In this document: in pieces, positions 1 through 12,573 of the stretch
How positions within the stretch are numbered: the stretch's first letter is position 1
Layout of the letters: each line of letters begins with the position of its first letter
From: Nemertoderma westbladi
Taxonomy: Eukaryota > Animalia > Xenacoelomorpha
Direction of reading: 5' to 3'
Length of the DNA: 64,000 bases
NCBI GenBank assembly: GCA_032718475.1
Contig: JAUCBJ010004787.1
Span: forward strand, 1-64,000
Notes under the pieces: generated by a model
What the model was told of the DNA's origin: nothing
What the model saw: the letters and a program-made list of their open reading frames with translations, nothing else
The model's database searches: none
Position numbers and translations under genes: made by a program

Positions 1-192
1 GACGTCGCTTAGTTGTTTGGTTTTGGAGTCATTGGAGTTTAAAATATTGATGTTAAGGTCACCCTGAATAACAATATTTAGGTTGGGTTCTAGTGCTATT
101 GCATTTTCAAGCTCTTCCGCAAAGTCATAAATGAAATGCTTATTTGCCCGCGGTGGATTGTATACAGTGCAGATAAGCAGCCCATCGATTTC

Positions 193-1241
193 AATTTTCA
201 ATTTAGTTTAATTTCCATTATAAAATATTAATTATTGCATAAGTGCACAATACAATTAATATTTAACACATTTTTGTTGAAAATGGTAGGTTGCGGCAGA
301 TAGCTAAAGAAGCTAGTGTTTGCCGCGGACCTATGTCGAATGTCGGGGGGGGGGGGGGGGGGGGGGGATAGAAGGTAGCAATGTAACGACATGCCAATTA
401 CTTTTATACTGTAGTTATAGAAATAACTGATCCATTGTGTTGGACAAAGGGAGGATGCAAACACCGGCGTTGGTTCTAAAAACAGTGATGATCGTGAGTG
501 GCCCAGAACCCGAGTTTATTGTAAGCTTATCAGCTATCAGACCACAGTGCTACTAAGCGTTTTCAGTCTCTTTGAGTAAAGATTTTTTAATTTTTGATGC
601 AAATTGTTTTTTACTTTTACAACTTTGAAATTTTACACCCAAATTGTTCCAATTAAGTGGGCCCTGGTATCGGATAGATTGCTTAGCGACCATTAGTCTA
701 ACACTTGGGATAAATAAATAATTGTTTGTGGCAGAACGGGTTGAGTACGGATGGACATCTGATGTTTTCTTGAAAAGGTGGTAGATTTCAGGGGAATAAA
801 TATAATAATTATGAATGTCATACATAAATTTATTAATTTCAAGTTTATATAATGAATCTACCGGAAGTATATTAAGGTTTCTATATAATGGGAGTGAGGA
901 TGTGAGGCAGTGACTATGAGTAATAATTCTTAGAAGTTTATTTATTTTAATACGCAAATGATTTAAAACGGAATTAGATGTACTTCCCCAAATAATTATA
1001 CCATACTGAATATATGGTTGTATTAAAGAGTAATACAACATTCTTAAAATATTCAGGGTAAAAATGAAACGTAATTTGAAAAAAATACCGCAGGTCCTAC
1101 TAATTTTTTTAATAATGTAAGCAACATGGGATTTCCAATTTAACTTGTTGTCGATTAGCAGCCCCAGATATTTCGTAGTATTAATTATTTTTAGCGCTGA
1201 ATTTTTCAATTTGACTTTTGGAAGAGTATCAAAATTAAAAA
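193..1241 (-). mobile_element. 5'-truncated CR1/L2(Crack-like) LINE 3' end inserted in the APE gene of another LINE
   Basis: Carries the RT C-terminal ORF, a 3' UTR stem-loop (GCGGCA...TGCCGC) and an ATTGAAA-like tail. Flanked by ATCGATTTC (184-192) and ATCGACTTC (1242-1250), a near-perfect TSD. Confidence 0.75.
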
Positions 1242-1257
1242 ATCGACTTCTACCCAA
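553..1257 (-). CDS. LINE reverse transcriptase C-terminal/thumb fragment
   Basis: Motifs KYLGLLIDNKLNWKSHV, LYYSLIQPYIQYGIIIWG, HPYSTRS and IRYQGPLNWN are typical of CR1/L2-group ORF2 ends. Confidence 0.8.
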   Translation of the reverse strand: MGRSRFFNFDTLPKVKLKNSALKIINTTKYLGLLIDNKLNWKSHVAYIIKKISRTCGIFFKLRFIFTLNILRMLYYSLIQPYIQYGIIIWGSTSNSVLNHLRIKINKLLRIITHSHCLTSSLPLYRNLNILPVDSLYKLEINKFMYDIHNYYIYSPEIYHLFKKTSDVHPYSTRSATNNYLFIPSVRLMVAKQSIRYQGPLNWNNLGVKFQSCKSKKQFASKIKKSLLKETENA

Positions 1258-3055
1258 AGGCTTTCTAGTTTGGTGTTACATTTATTGTCGTCTCGTAATT
1301 TTGAAGAATAGTTATCTGGAATAAATATAAGTACTCCGCCCCCACGTTTTTTCTTTCTGTCACGCCGATAGATGTTAAAGCCTGGGATAGTGATTGCCTT
1401 TGTGTCAATATTTCTATGTAGCCATGTCTCTGTCACTGGCGCAATGGTATTCTTTGGCCCCAGCAAAGTTTCTGATAATTCGTCAATATTTTTAAATAGG
1501 CTTCTAGAATTTATATGAATTAATTTTAGATCAGCCTGGTTATTTTTCATATATTCCTTAATATCACCCTGTGAGTCCTTCAGTTTGCAGTTTAGATTAT
1601 TAAATGAATAACTTGGTGGTTGTATTTTGTTTTTATTGCTGTTATTTTTTATGTGCCTGCCTTTGTTAGTATTCCGCCTAGGGCCAGGATTTGGGTGTAT
1701 ATTTCCAGATATAAGTAGTAGCATGTTTATAGTAAGTGCGATAATAAGTACGACGTCTAAGACACAGCTACGGTATATGTTGAATGAATGGGCGAGTGAA
1801 TATAAAATGATTTTAATGGATCCCTTAACATGTTGCAGTTTCGTCATCATTGTTATAGGCCTACTCGATGTGTCAGTAGTGGTTGATATTGTGTGATTCA
1901 ATAGCGCATTGAGAACGATACCGAGTAAGATATTATTACGAGGTATTTTAGATTTTGTAAATGGGATTGAAATAAATATTACACCAAAGCAAAAAAATGA
2001 GAAAAATTGATATGTGAAATGTGAAACAGGTGCATGTACTCGCACTAACAAGTACTCATGCTGGGTGCTTGCTATTATTATACCAAAAATTACAATAGCA
2101 ATTGAGACAACAACAAGCACTTGTTTTATATTTGTAAATATGGCACTAAACTTATTTTTTTAAATCCTGTATTTGCTCTGTTTCATAGTCAACGATCACA
2201 GAAAAGTAAACTGGAACATTATGTAAATAGGAATAAATAATAAAAAAATGTGGTATAGTGCCATATAAACAATATTTGATACAATAACATAGATTGGGAT
2301 AAGACAAGTTTTAACAATTTTTAATATAAAAGCCTGGAAGAATGAATGATAAGTAATTTCTATAAAAATAAAGCTTATCCATATTCCAGGGTCACACCGG
2401 ATTATGTGGTCCAGTAATATAGAATTTTCCATAAAATGCTGTAGCGAAAATTTTCTTAGATTCAGGCAATGAAATTCTAGACTATAATTATAATACAATT
2501 GAACAGGGTAGCAATAAAACAACAACATTGGTTTACTGTATGTCAGTATATAGTATTGTTACTACCGTACTACAGTCTAACAGTAAGTAGGTCGGCCTCT
2601 GCTAATTTTGCATAGGCCTCCCATGTCATGGCCTGTATTAGGTATCGCCTTGGCTGACTGGCGTAAGCTGTTAAAACTTTTCGAAGTAATTGCAAGGCCA
2701 CTCATTGCATATTGCAGCCCATTATGCTTGAAATGTATTACATTCACACACACTGGACCATAATCAAGTTTGTTAAGCTGCTTACAGTGACTAGTTAGGT
2801 ATGCTTCTTGCTCTTCCTTTCATGTCACCTTTACCTTCTCCCTTTGGAGCAATATCAAATTTCGCCTTGTGCACTTATCGTCTTGATAAGTCCCTAGGTG
2901 GGGCGAACCTGCTGATCAACTAACTGACTTCTATTGGATGATACTGATTTCAACTTCTGTTCTCAAGTTTTTCTTCAGGTTTTATATACCTACGTGAAAG
3001 GTTGTTGTATTTTTTCCTTTACCAAATAAATCAACTTTATATATTTATTATTCAG

Positions 3056-3204
3056 GTAGCCTGTTTCCGGTTCGAGCTAATTCAGAAGATTTAGCAATAA
3101 CTGCTTGTGGACAAATAAAATCGACTGGAATCCAGGGATTGGAAGCTTTTATGTTCGCTGTAGACAAAATCAACAATGACAGTTTGATTCTTCCCGGGAT
3201 TTTG
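3056..3204 (+). CDS. Internal coding exon of a class C GPCR (metabotropic glutamate receptor-like, Venus flytrap N-terminus)
   Basis: ttcag acceptor and gtgagt donor; 149 nt. Translates (G)SLFPVRANSEDLAITACGQIKSTGIQGLEAFMFAVDKINNDSLILPGIL, matching the mGluR consensus GGLFPVH...CG....GIQRLEAMLFAIDQINND..LLP.I. Confidence 0.85.
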
Positions 3205-4088
3205 GTGAGTCAGTTTTTAGTCTGCATAACTCACCCCATGCTCCCACTGGTTAACCCCTGCTACCCCAAGCACTTTGTTAGTTCCATTAGTCTCTGATAG
3301 ACACCATCATTTTGTTAAGCTTATTAACCGCACTACCCCTACTACCATTAGTATTTATTGTGTTGGTTCTGTTTTTAGTCGCTATGTCTCAGGAGATCCT
3401 CTGATGTATATAATTTACATGTTCATATAAATATACTTATACATTCTTATAAGTAGCCATATCAAATTGAAAAGTACATATGAAAACTTAAATTTAAGAA
3501 GTCTACAACTTCAGCGTTTTAAAAATTACCGAAATAATTCAAGATTGATTCAATTTGATTGATTTGAAAGATTCAAGATTCACGAATTCCCTAAGTTAGT
3601 TAGGGCAGTGGGTAACTTCTGATTGGTAGTGTTATTCGTATATAAATGGAACTTCATTAAGAGACAAAGACTGCAAATCGATTTGTAACTAAAAGCTTAT
3701 TTAGCTATTAATATATGTTACATGAAAGTACTTCAGTGGGAAAAGCGTCACAGACCAGAGAATTCAATCAGTACATTTTGCCATCCATGGCATGTGCTAC
3801 ATCATATCATTATCAACGTCACATTGTAACTGTAGTGATGATGATTCCCATTAGTGATTTAAAAAGTTCAGCACCATTAGTCACATAAGACAGATACGGA
3901 TTGTCACATCCAAATGAATTTTCGGTTAGCAATTACAATATTGGTTAATGAATCCGCATTGTATCACTTTCCCAAGTTGATTGCTTATTTGCAAAATGGG
4001 AAGTAATTTTGTAGCTATCTCATTTGTAACTTTCGTTGTGGCCAAACAAAATGTTAACTATCATTGGTATAAATACCTGGAAATAAAT

Positions 4089-4207
4089 GGATGTAGGACA
4101 ATTCAGTCCCGGACAATTCGGTCCCGGACAATTCGGTCCCAGACAATTCGGTCCCAAAACAATAAATAAATGGGACTGAATTGTCCGGGACCGAATTGTC
4201 CGGTTAC
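4089..4207. repeat. Small MITE-like element with 15-bp GGACAATTCGGTCCC tandem units and inverted copies
   Basis: Four direct units at ~4096-4155 and two inverted units (GGGACCGAATTGTCC) at ~4172-4201; no clear TSD. Confidence 0.6.
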
Positions 4208-4399
4208 TGATAGCAGCTTTATAGTGTTTTTGATATTGGTGAATGTTCTAGAACATTAGTAGAGATATTTTTTTTATGGTAGCTAGTGTTATTTACTAGC
4301 TAGCCCGTCCCTACGATCCATAATCCCGATTACTAACACTCGGCGGAGAGATTTATACAAGAAGCCTGGGTTAGGGCCTCGGCGCATAAACCGATGTGA

Positions 4400-6591
4400 G
4401 TGCCAAGAACCGACACTGACTCGAGCGATGAAGAGGAAGATTTGAGGCGTCAGAAGTCCCAAAACCGCAAGGAAAGAAGGACTGACGTGGAACAGGTAAG
4501 TATGAACCCCCGGGAAAGGACCAGACTTAATAATCCTGCAGAACTAACCAACTTATTAACCCGGAACGACGCCACCTTTAGAGACATAGGTAAGTTTGTG
4601 GCTAGGCAGGGATTGCCGGCACAACAACCCCAGAAGTTTATGGGCAACCACAAAAATTGGAGGACATTTAAAACCTATGTCGACGAACAATTAACCAACA
4701 GCACCTTTACTCCCAATGAGAAATTCAACTATCTACTACAGATACTCCATCGAGAACCTAGAGCCATTGCTGATAATTTCGTCGGCAATGAAAGGGTTTG
4801 AATTATCTATGAAAACACTTAGCAACATCTACATTAATAAAACCAAGATGGCGCAGTCGATAGTGGAAGACTTGGGAAAGGGCGGAAAAATTACGACTCC
4901 GTTGGAGCTGTTGAACTTAGCGAACGCCATCTCGAACGCATTAGATATCTTAAGGACGGTAAATCTACCTCATCATGGTGATCACGCAGAAGTTTTAAAG
5001 AGTATAATAAGACGTTTAAACATGCGTTACGACAGAAATGGCGAAAACTGGAATATAAACTGGAGGGCCAAGATAAAGTGTTGACACTCCGACATATCCA
5101 TGATATGATAGCCACAGATGCGGTAGCAGAGATTAAATCAAATTTGTCAGAAGAGAATATGAGGGAGTCCAAACCTGTTACCGGGAAGTCAATGGTAAGT
5201 TTTGACGAGGACAGAGCCACTGTGACTTATAACTCAGTAGACAAATACAATCCGAGTACCCCTGCCTTTAGACCAGACTCGCGAGTATGGTCAGGTGAGA
5301 GGTCAGATAGACCTAAAGTGAAGCAACAGGAGTTGCCGGATGGATTTGTAGGTTGCCAATTCTGCCTTCTAAAAGAGGTAAGATCAGACGACCATAAGTT
5401 AGACAGTTGCAGACGCTTCAAAGAGTTAACTTCGGAACAGAGAAGGGTTCAAGTGCGGACGTTGGACACCTGTTGGGCATGTCTTGCTCCAGGTCACGTA
5501 CGGCACCAGTGCCCGAACAGTAAGGACGGATGCATGGAGTGCGGCAGACTACACCAATGGACCATTATTTACAGAGGAATCCTCAAAGGAAGGGAAGTAG
5601 AGATCCCATAACGATAAGGAAAAATACGTACACCGGCATCCAAGGCGATGGAGATCAACCAGGTTCGTCGGATGAGGATGGTGAAGCGAGCGCGAGAGAG
5701 GTGACCTGTCAGGGATTCACCACTGATAGTTTATCGACCAGCGCGAGGACGTATTTATCATCAGCCACGTCAGAAATATTCAGCATGATACCGGTGAAAC
5801 TTACTGGAGACAAGGGGTCGAAGAGAATATATGTGATGTTGGACACCGCGTCCACATTATCGTATATAGATGAGGAAGTAGCGAGAGCCGTTTCCAGCTT
5901 CCAGGACGCTGATGAGATAAATATTGAGTTAAAATCTATGCACGGGGTAGGAGATGTCAAGGGACATAAAATGTATGTAGAACTACTCCCGAGAGAAGAA
6001 CACACTCGCCAAGAAAGGAGAGCATTGCCATTGGATGGATTCAAGTGTCTGGCTATGAAAGGGTTCGTTAGGCAGTTAGGTAAGGTGCCACCGATGAGTC
6101 CCATAGCACAGGAGTATTTTGATGACCTCAAAATACCAAGACACCAGGTAGGTTATAGGAATGTGTCTATGTTGATTGGAGCGGAACAGCTGATCGCGCA
6201 CCAAATATGGGAAACGAGACCAGCTGAGCTGTATGTAAATGGGCCGCATGCCCATAGGACTATATTTGTTGGTATACACGCGTACCCATTTCCTATGAGT
6301 TTTCAGGTGGCGATAAGCCAAAGGATGGACACGATGAATTACAACCTATAATGCAACCACTGTTAGTAGAACCACCAGACGTAGATGAGTTTAGGAGAAC
6401 CTGTATTGACAACTATAGCGACTTTAGCGAGTCAGACGAGGAGTTGAGTCCCGATAATGTTAGATTGTCGGAACCGCTCTATAACGACTGGACAGATAGT
6501 GAACCTGAGGAATACTGTTATCAGACCCGTGGGTCTGGTTCAGTGGCCCATGCCACTTATTTGAGAAACGTTTTGACATATACCAATATAG
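4400..6591 (+). pseudogene. BEL gag (capsid and CCHC knuckles) and aspartic protease, frameshifted
   Basis: KFMGNHKNWRTF...EKFNYL capsid motif, CWACLAPGHVRHQC knuckle and protease VMLDTAST, spread over several frames. Confidence 0.85.
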
Positions 6592-8537
6592 AATTTTACT
6601 CCAACATTGTTGATTGCATTAACTGTGCATCTGGTAATGTGTTCCCACATAGTAAACCTGGTAGTAAAACTGAAGGAGAGAGGAATGAAATTCCTGGTTG
6701 GAATGATGCAGTTAGTGACTTACATGGTCAGGCGCGGTTAGCTTTTTTAATATGGCGAGGCGCAGGCAGCCCACGCAATGGTGATATCCACCGTCAAATG
6801 TACATGGCTAAAATGCGTTTTAAAAGAATGTTCCGTGAAGTAAAACGAAATGTAGAAAAATCTAAATGTGACAAATATGCTGAATCTTTTATTCGTTCTT
6901 CTAACGGTTTTGACGATTTTTGGAAAAATATCAAAAAGGACAACAACAGTAAGGTGCCAGGTGCGACAACAATAGACGGTGTCATTGGCAAAGAAAATAT
7001 TTCTAATTTTTGGGCAAACCACTATAGAAACATTTTTAACGCCGGTGATAACTCGAAAGATAATTTAACTATGAAACATGTCATGAGCAAAATTACCGGT
7101 ATAGAGTTTAGTGGTGATATGATAGTCACGGTAGATGATGTTATTGATGCTGTTGGGGAGCTTAAACTTAATAAATCATGCGGTAAAGATGGTATATATT
7201 CTGAACACTTTATTTTTGCCTGTGATTATTTGTATGTACTGTTAGCTTTATTATATAGTAGTATCAATATTCATGGGTTCATGCCCAGCAAAATGATGGA
7301 CACAGTTGTATCGCCTATTGTAAAGTGCAAAACCTCAAGTGTTACTGACTCAAATAACTATAGACCTATTTCACTAACTTCAATACTCAGTAAATTATTT
7401 GAAGTTATAATTTTGCATAGGGTTAGAGACTGTCTTGATACTGGTGACCATCAATTTGGGTTCAAACGGGGAATGGGGACAGAATTGTGCATCTATACAA
7501 TCAAAGAAATTGTTAATTATTTTCTGGTTCGTGGTTCAAATATATATATTTGTTTTTTAGACGCGAGTAAAGCATTTGATAATGTGGATCATGCTAAACT
7601 TTTTCAGTGCCTATTGGACCGTAAAGTACCGTTATATATTATTAGGGTTATTTTATTTTGGTATCGTAACATTAATATGTACGTTCGATGGAGTGGGGTG
7701 TATTCAACTGTATTTAATTGTTCGAACGGGGTTATTCAAGGTGGAATTTGCTCACCAATATTTTTCAATGTTTTCATAGACCGGTTGAGTATTATATTGG
7801 AGCAAAGTAATATTGGATGTAATATTGATGGATTGAATATGAATCACTTAATTTATGCTGACGATTTGTGCATTATTACAACTACACCAGGTGCGTTGCA
7901 AGTGTTAATAGATCTATGTGTTTCTTTTGCTGATTCTAATAGTTTGAAATTTAATATTAAAAAGTCAAAATGTGTATTCTTTCGTAGCAAACATAGGCCA
8001 GATATTGAAGTCGGACATATTTATTTGTACGGGAAAATTATTGAAGTAGTTACTAAATTTAAATACTTAGGACACATAATCAGTTCTGATTTTTGTGACG
8101 ACCTTGACATAGCTGCTCAAACAAGAGCTTTCTATGGTCGAGCTAATATGTTAATCCGTCGATTTAGTAAGTGCTCTAAAAAGATAAAACGTGTTTTATT
8201 CAATGCTTACTGTTCATCTGTTTACTGTTGTGCTCTTTGGGGGGATAGATATAGTTCGGCGAACAAAATCAACAAAATTACTGTAGCTTTAAATCAGTGT
8301 GTTAGGAGACTATTTGGTTTTTCTAGATTAGATAATGGTCAATGGAATAGTGCTAGTGAAATGTTAGTGTCATTAAATCTGAAGTCATTTACACACATCC
8401 GTAGGTTTGCCTTGTGTAGTCTCTATAATCGTGTTTTTAAATCCAATAACATTATAATTTGTACTGTGAGGTCAGCTTGTCTCACGGATTCTGTTATTTT
8501 TGATACATACAAACGACTCTGTCTGTCTTTACCATAA
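6351..8537 (+). CDS. 728-aa chimeric ORF: about 80 aa of BEL pol linker fused in frame to a LINE reverse transcriptase
   Basis: RT motifs NYRPISL, QFGF, FLDASKAFD, GVIQGG..SP, YADD and KYLG; the N-terminus matches A2 ORF 61379-62980. Confidence 0.85.
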   Translation: MQPLLVEPPDVDEFRRTCIDNYSDFSESDEELSPDNVRLSEPLYNDWTDSEPEEYCYQTRGSGSVAHATYLRNVLTYTNIEFYSNIVDCINCASGNVFPHSKPGSKTEGERNEIPGWNDAVSDLHGQARLAFLIWRGAGSPRNGDIHRQMYMAKMRFKRMFREVKRNVEKSKCDKYAESFIRSSNGFDDFWKNIKKDNNSKVPGATTIDGVIGKENISNFWANHYRNIFNAGDNSKDNLTMKHVMSKITGIEFSGDMIVTVDDVIDAVGELKLNKSCGKDGIYSEHFIFACDYLYVLLALLYSSINIHGFMPSKMMDTVVSPIVKCKTSSVTDSNNYRPISLTSILSKLFEVIILHRVRDCLDTGDHQFGFKRGMGTELCIYTIKEIVNYFLVRGSNIYICFLDASKAFDNVDHAKLFQCLLDRKVPLYIIRVILFWYRNINMYVRWSGVYSTVFNCSNGVIQGGICSPIFFNVFIDRLSIILEQSNIGCNIDGLNMNHLIYADDLCIITTTPGALQVLIDLCVSFADSNSLKFNIKKSKCVFFRSKHRPDIEVGHIYLYGKIIEVVTKFKYLGHIISSDFCDDLDIAAQTRAFYGRANMLIRRFSKCSKKIKRVLFNAYCSSVYCCALWGDRYSSANKINKITVALNQCVRRLFGFSRLDNGQWNSASEMLVSLNLKSFTHIRRFALCSLYNRVFKSNNIIICTVRSACLTDSVIFDTYKRLCLSLP

Positions 8538-8697
8538 ATTTAATGTTACTTTTCGTGCAATATTGATTACAATAATGGGGGGGGGGGGGGGGGGTCGTGT
8601 CATTTATACTCATATTTACTTACTTATTATGTATGTTGTGCTATTTAAAACTGTATATGAACCTCCTGGTTTGAAATAAATAAATATATATATATAT
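6592..8697 (+). mobile_element. 5'-truncated RTE-X-like LINE inserted in BEL-A1 pol
   Basis: TSD AATATAG at 6585-6591 and 8698-8704; AATAAA and a (TA)n tail; the uninterrupted site is seen in A2 near 62785. Confidence 0.9.
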
Positions 8698-11600
8698 AAT
8701 ATAGTGGAGGGTCAGGTGGCGAAATATCGAGACCTCGACATTTTCCAATTCATTGAAGAGGAGTTACAAAAGGAATTGATACGCCACGACCTCGAGACAG
8801 GAGCTAGAACCGTCGAATGGCTGGATAAGGATGCGATGGAACCAGGTGGTTATGACCTAACCATGTCCACCGACGAGAAACGATCTCTGCAGATGATGGA
8901 AGAGACCATACGTCAGTTACTGACAGGACACTTTGAGGTTGGAATGTTGTGGCGTTGACAACCCCCTAAGTTGGAAAACAATTACAACCTGGCTCTGAAA
9001 AGATTAAACGGAGTAAGAGCTCGGTTGTTGAAGAATCAAGACGTTAGGGAGAAGTATTGCGCCCAAATTAACAACTATTTGACGAAGGGATTTGCCGGGA
9101 AGATAGAGAACCCCGACTTAGTAATGGATCAGACCTATTACCTCCTGCACCACTATGTGACTCACCCCGACAAACCAAACAGGTCTGAGTGGTCAATGAC
9201 TGCCCATCAGTCTATAGAGGTATGTCCCTGAATTCAGAATTGATGGATGGTCCCATTCTCAACAACTATTTGATAGGGATACTGCTACACTTTAGACAGC
9301 GCCGATTTGCCTTTACTTGCGACATAGAGGCGATGTTCCACCAGGTGAGAGCCTGCAAGGCGGACCAGTCAGTATAGTCTCAGATTTCTCTGGTATGAGA
9401 ATGAAGACCAGCCGGCCCAGTGGTTACGTACTAGATGTATGTCAGAATATTCGGCGCCCGCGACAGTCCCAACGGCACGCTGTTTGTTTTAAAGAAAACA
9501 GCGACAGCTCAGATTGGTAATTATCCAGTAGATGTAATTGAGTCCATCCTGAGGAACTTTTATATGGACGACGGATTGGTGTCCAAGGACACAGCAGAAC
9601 AAGCCATAGAAGTGGCTCACGGTCTACAGGAGTGCTTGGCAATGGCAGGGTTCCCACTGACCAAGTTCACCACGAACTCGGAGGCCTTATTGGAGTCGTT
9701 CCCAGTGAAGGATCGCGGGAGCGGAGACATTGAATTGGGTGTAGAACCCTCCCCATGGCGCGAGTACTGGGACTTAGTTGGAATCCGAATATGGACAAAT
9801 TCCAGGTAAGAATTAGATTTGAGCCCAGTAGCCTGGACAAGACTTTGGCTAAGAGAATCTGTTTATCGACCATGAGTAGACTATTTGACCCGATGAACTA
9901 TATCAGTCCGGTAATATTACAGGCACGGATATGTATGAGGAAAATCTGGCTGTCCGACTTAGAGTGGGACGAGCCGATATCCCCTATACATGCGAAGCAG
10001 TGGAGAGAGTGGGAAGCCGAGTCGCATCTATTGAAAAATATAGACAAACAAACGAAATATAGAAAAATATAGTACCCCGCTCCTACATTCCGAATCAGCT
10101 GGTATTCCCAGCTGATCTAGAACTGCATATGTTCAGTGACGCAAGTGACACCAGCTTTGGTATGGTAGCCTACCTTCGCCGAGAGGTAAGTCAGGATAAG
10201 TTTGAGACGGCCTTTGTGACTTCTAGATCAAAGACAATGCCGGTCAAATACATGACGGTCCCTCGTGCAGAGTTGCAGGTACAGTAGTATCGGTCGAGGT
10301 AAGTAAACAGCTAATAGAGGAATTAGACACAACTTTGACATTATTCTATTGGACGGATGCATCCTTAGCGTTAGTGTATATTGCAGCTCACAATATTGCA
10401 CTAAAGACATTTGTAGCCAACAGCCGCGCCCAGATCGTCGACTTTTCGACGAAGGAACAATGGAGACATTGTCCGGGAGTGTTAAACCCAGCCGACATAA
10501 CTTCAAGAGGTGATATGCCGGCGGAATACTGCCAAGAAGAATCTCAAGAGTTTTGGTTACATGGGCCGGATTTTCTAACGAGGACACAGGAGCATTGGCC
10601 AGAGCGACTGAAGATCGTTACCAATCCGATGCCAATAGATGCAGAGGTCAAATTGGACAAAGTTTCCAAGTCTAAATCAAAAGCCAAACTCGAGTCATTG
10701 GAGAGCGGCCTGAAGAGTCATTGGAGCGGCCTGAAGAGTCATTGGAGCGGCCCAGAGACCTGTCAGACCAAGAGACTTATGTGACTACAAGGTCCGGAAG
10801 GGTAAGTTATGACATAAAACCACCCTTACAGACTGAACAAGGGTCACGGTTAGTAAGTGACGGACAGAAAATGACCACCAAGACTGAGCCTTCGGTTTCC
10901 AAACCTGCGGGTTTGGATTCGAAGATTCCATTGGTCAGTGGGCAACCGTCGCTGGCATTAGAGCCACGTAGTATTTATGACAAATTGCTAAATTCGTCCG
11001 CCTCTTGGCTGACAATTTGTAAAAGAACTGCGTGGTTAAGCCGATATGTTTCTTTCCTTTGTATAAAACATACGAAGCATTTAGGAGATCAAATGAGCAC
11101 TAATAGTGAGCGAATTCAAAAATTGAAACAACCTCTGACAGAGGATGAGATTGATCAAGCAGAATTAAAGCATTTGAGACATTATCAAATGTGTGCCTTC
11201 CCAAAATAATTCTATCTGTTATCGGCTCAATGACCAGTTCTTTATAAACCCCTCAAAAAATGGAGTAAAGGTTTGATACATAAAGTACATAAAGGTTTGA
11301 TTTATCATAGATCAAGAATCCAGACTGTCGATATAAACTCACAGTTTAGTGTCCCAGTGATAATCCCTAGTCACCCAATAGAATTGCGAAGAGCGATTAT
11401 GTGGGATATACATAAGAGGTTGCATCACGTGGGAAGGTAACACTGCTTGTCGGCAGCGAGACAGCGATTTATTCTGTTGCAGCCAAGCAGGGCGGTAGGT
11501 ACTATGTACGATGCCTGTCTGGTTTGCAAGAGAGTGAACGACAGAGTATTGGAACAGGAAATGGCTGAACTCCCAGATGCGAGAGTGCAGGCATATGATC

Positions 11601-12573
11601 CACCCTTCACAAATACGGGGGTGGACTGTTTTGGCCCGCTTGAGGCAAAGAGTGGATGGCTGACCCACAAGAGATGGGGCCTGCTACTGATATGTATGGC
11701 AAGTAGGGCCGTACACATAGAACGTGTGGCAGACATGTCGACCAAATCTCTACTCCTGGCTTTGAAGAGATTCATGGCCAGGAGAGGACTAGTAAAGGCG
11801 TTCTTCTCCGACAAGGGTACTAACTTTGTCGGAGGGGATAGTGAGCTGAACACGGCTCATAGGATGGCACAGAACAAAGAAATCTCTGCAGCACTTTTGC
11901 CGAAAAGAATTGAGTGGAAGTTTAATACCCCAGAAAGTCCCTGGAGAGGAGGAAGTTGGGAGCGTCTGGTTCGCTCTATAAAACAGGCCATAGCAAAAAC
12001 ATTGCCTGTGAATAAACAACTAACGGACGATGAACTGGTAACAGCTTTCACTGAAATCGAGCATACTCTAAACTCGAGGCCGATAGCTATGTTACCTGAC
12101 GGTGTTGCATTGACACCAAATCACCTGCTTATGCAGAGTCCGGCATTTCTTGTACCGGCATCAGAACCCATTAGTGCCGACCTATATAGTCGAAAAAGCT
12201 GGAAAATAACCCAGTTTATAGTGTATACATTCGGGAATATTGGCGGGAATATTACCTTCCCACAATATCCACCAGATCAAAATGGTACAAAACAGTTCGG
12301 AGCCTCCAAATAGGAGACTATGCATTAATAACCGAACCGGTGATAAAGAGAAAATATTGGGAGACTGGCGTAATCTTGCACATACACCTGGACGTACAGA
12401 ATATAGTACGCACCGTCACTGTCAAAATAAGGTGCAAATATCCAAACAAGAAGAAGTGTAAAACTAAGGGTTTACATACCTTGGACAGGCCGGTCCAGGA
12501 TATTGTGTTACTAGAGGAAACATGCATCGAGACAGGAGACTATAATTTATCTTCTGCCTCAAAACAAGATTAG
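8698..12573 (+). pseudogene. BEL pol (RT, RNase H/Pao peptidase A17 region, integrase), multiple frameshifts and stops
   Basis: Motifs CDIEAMFHQV, NFYMDD, FSDAS, WTDA, NPADITSRG, TGVDCFGP, FSDKGTNFVG, GGSWERLV and LTPNHLL. Confidence 0.9.

Larger units (their letters stand above)
1..2120 (-). mobile_element. CR1/L2-group LINE: ORF2 N-terminus (hydrophobic leader, 2A-like motif, APE endonuclease), split by a second LINE at 193-1241; runs off the window start
   Basis: ORF 1206-2120 has LLLISGNIHPNPGP and APE motifs HINSRSL, VTETWL, RRDR..RGGGV and ESLWVEVD. The APE continues on the minus strand below ~190 as GLLICTVYNPP...IQGDLNINIL. Confidence 0.8.

Noticed and set aside
345-367. Long poly-G/C runs (also ~8577, ~39813, ~46133) as functional G-quadruplexes
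   Set aside because: They lie in unrelated TEs and look like homopolymer expansions or length errors; no evidence of function.
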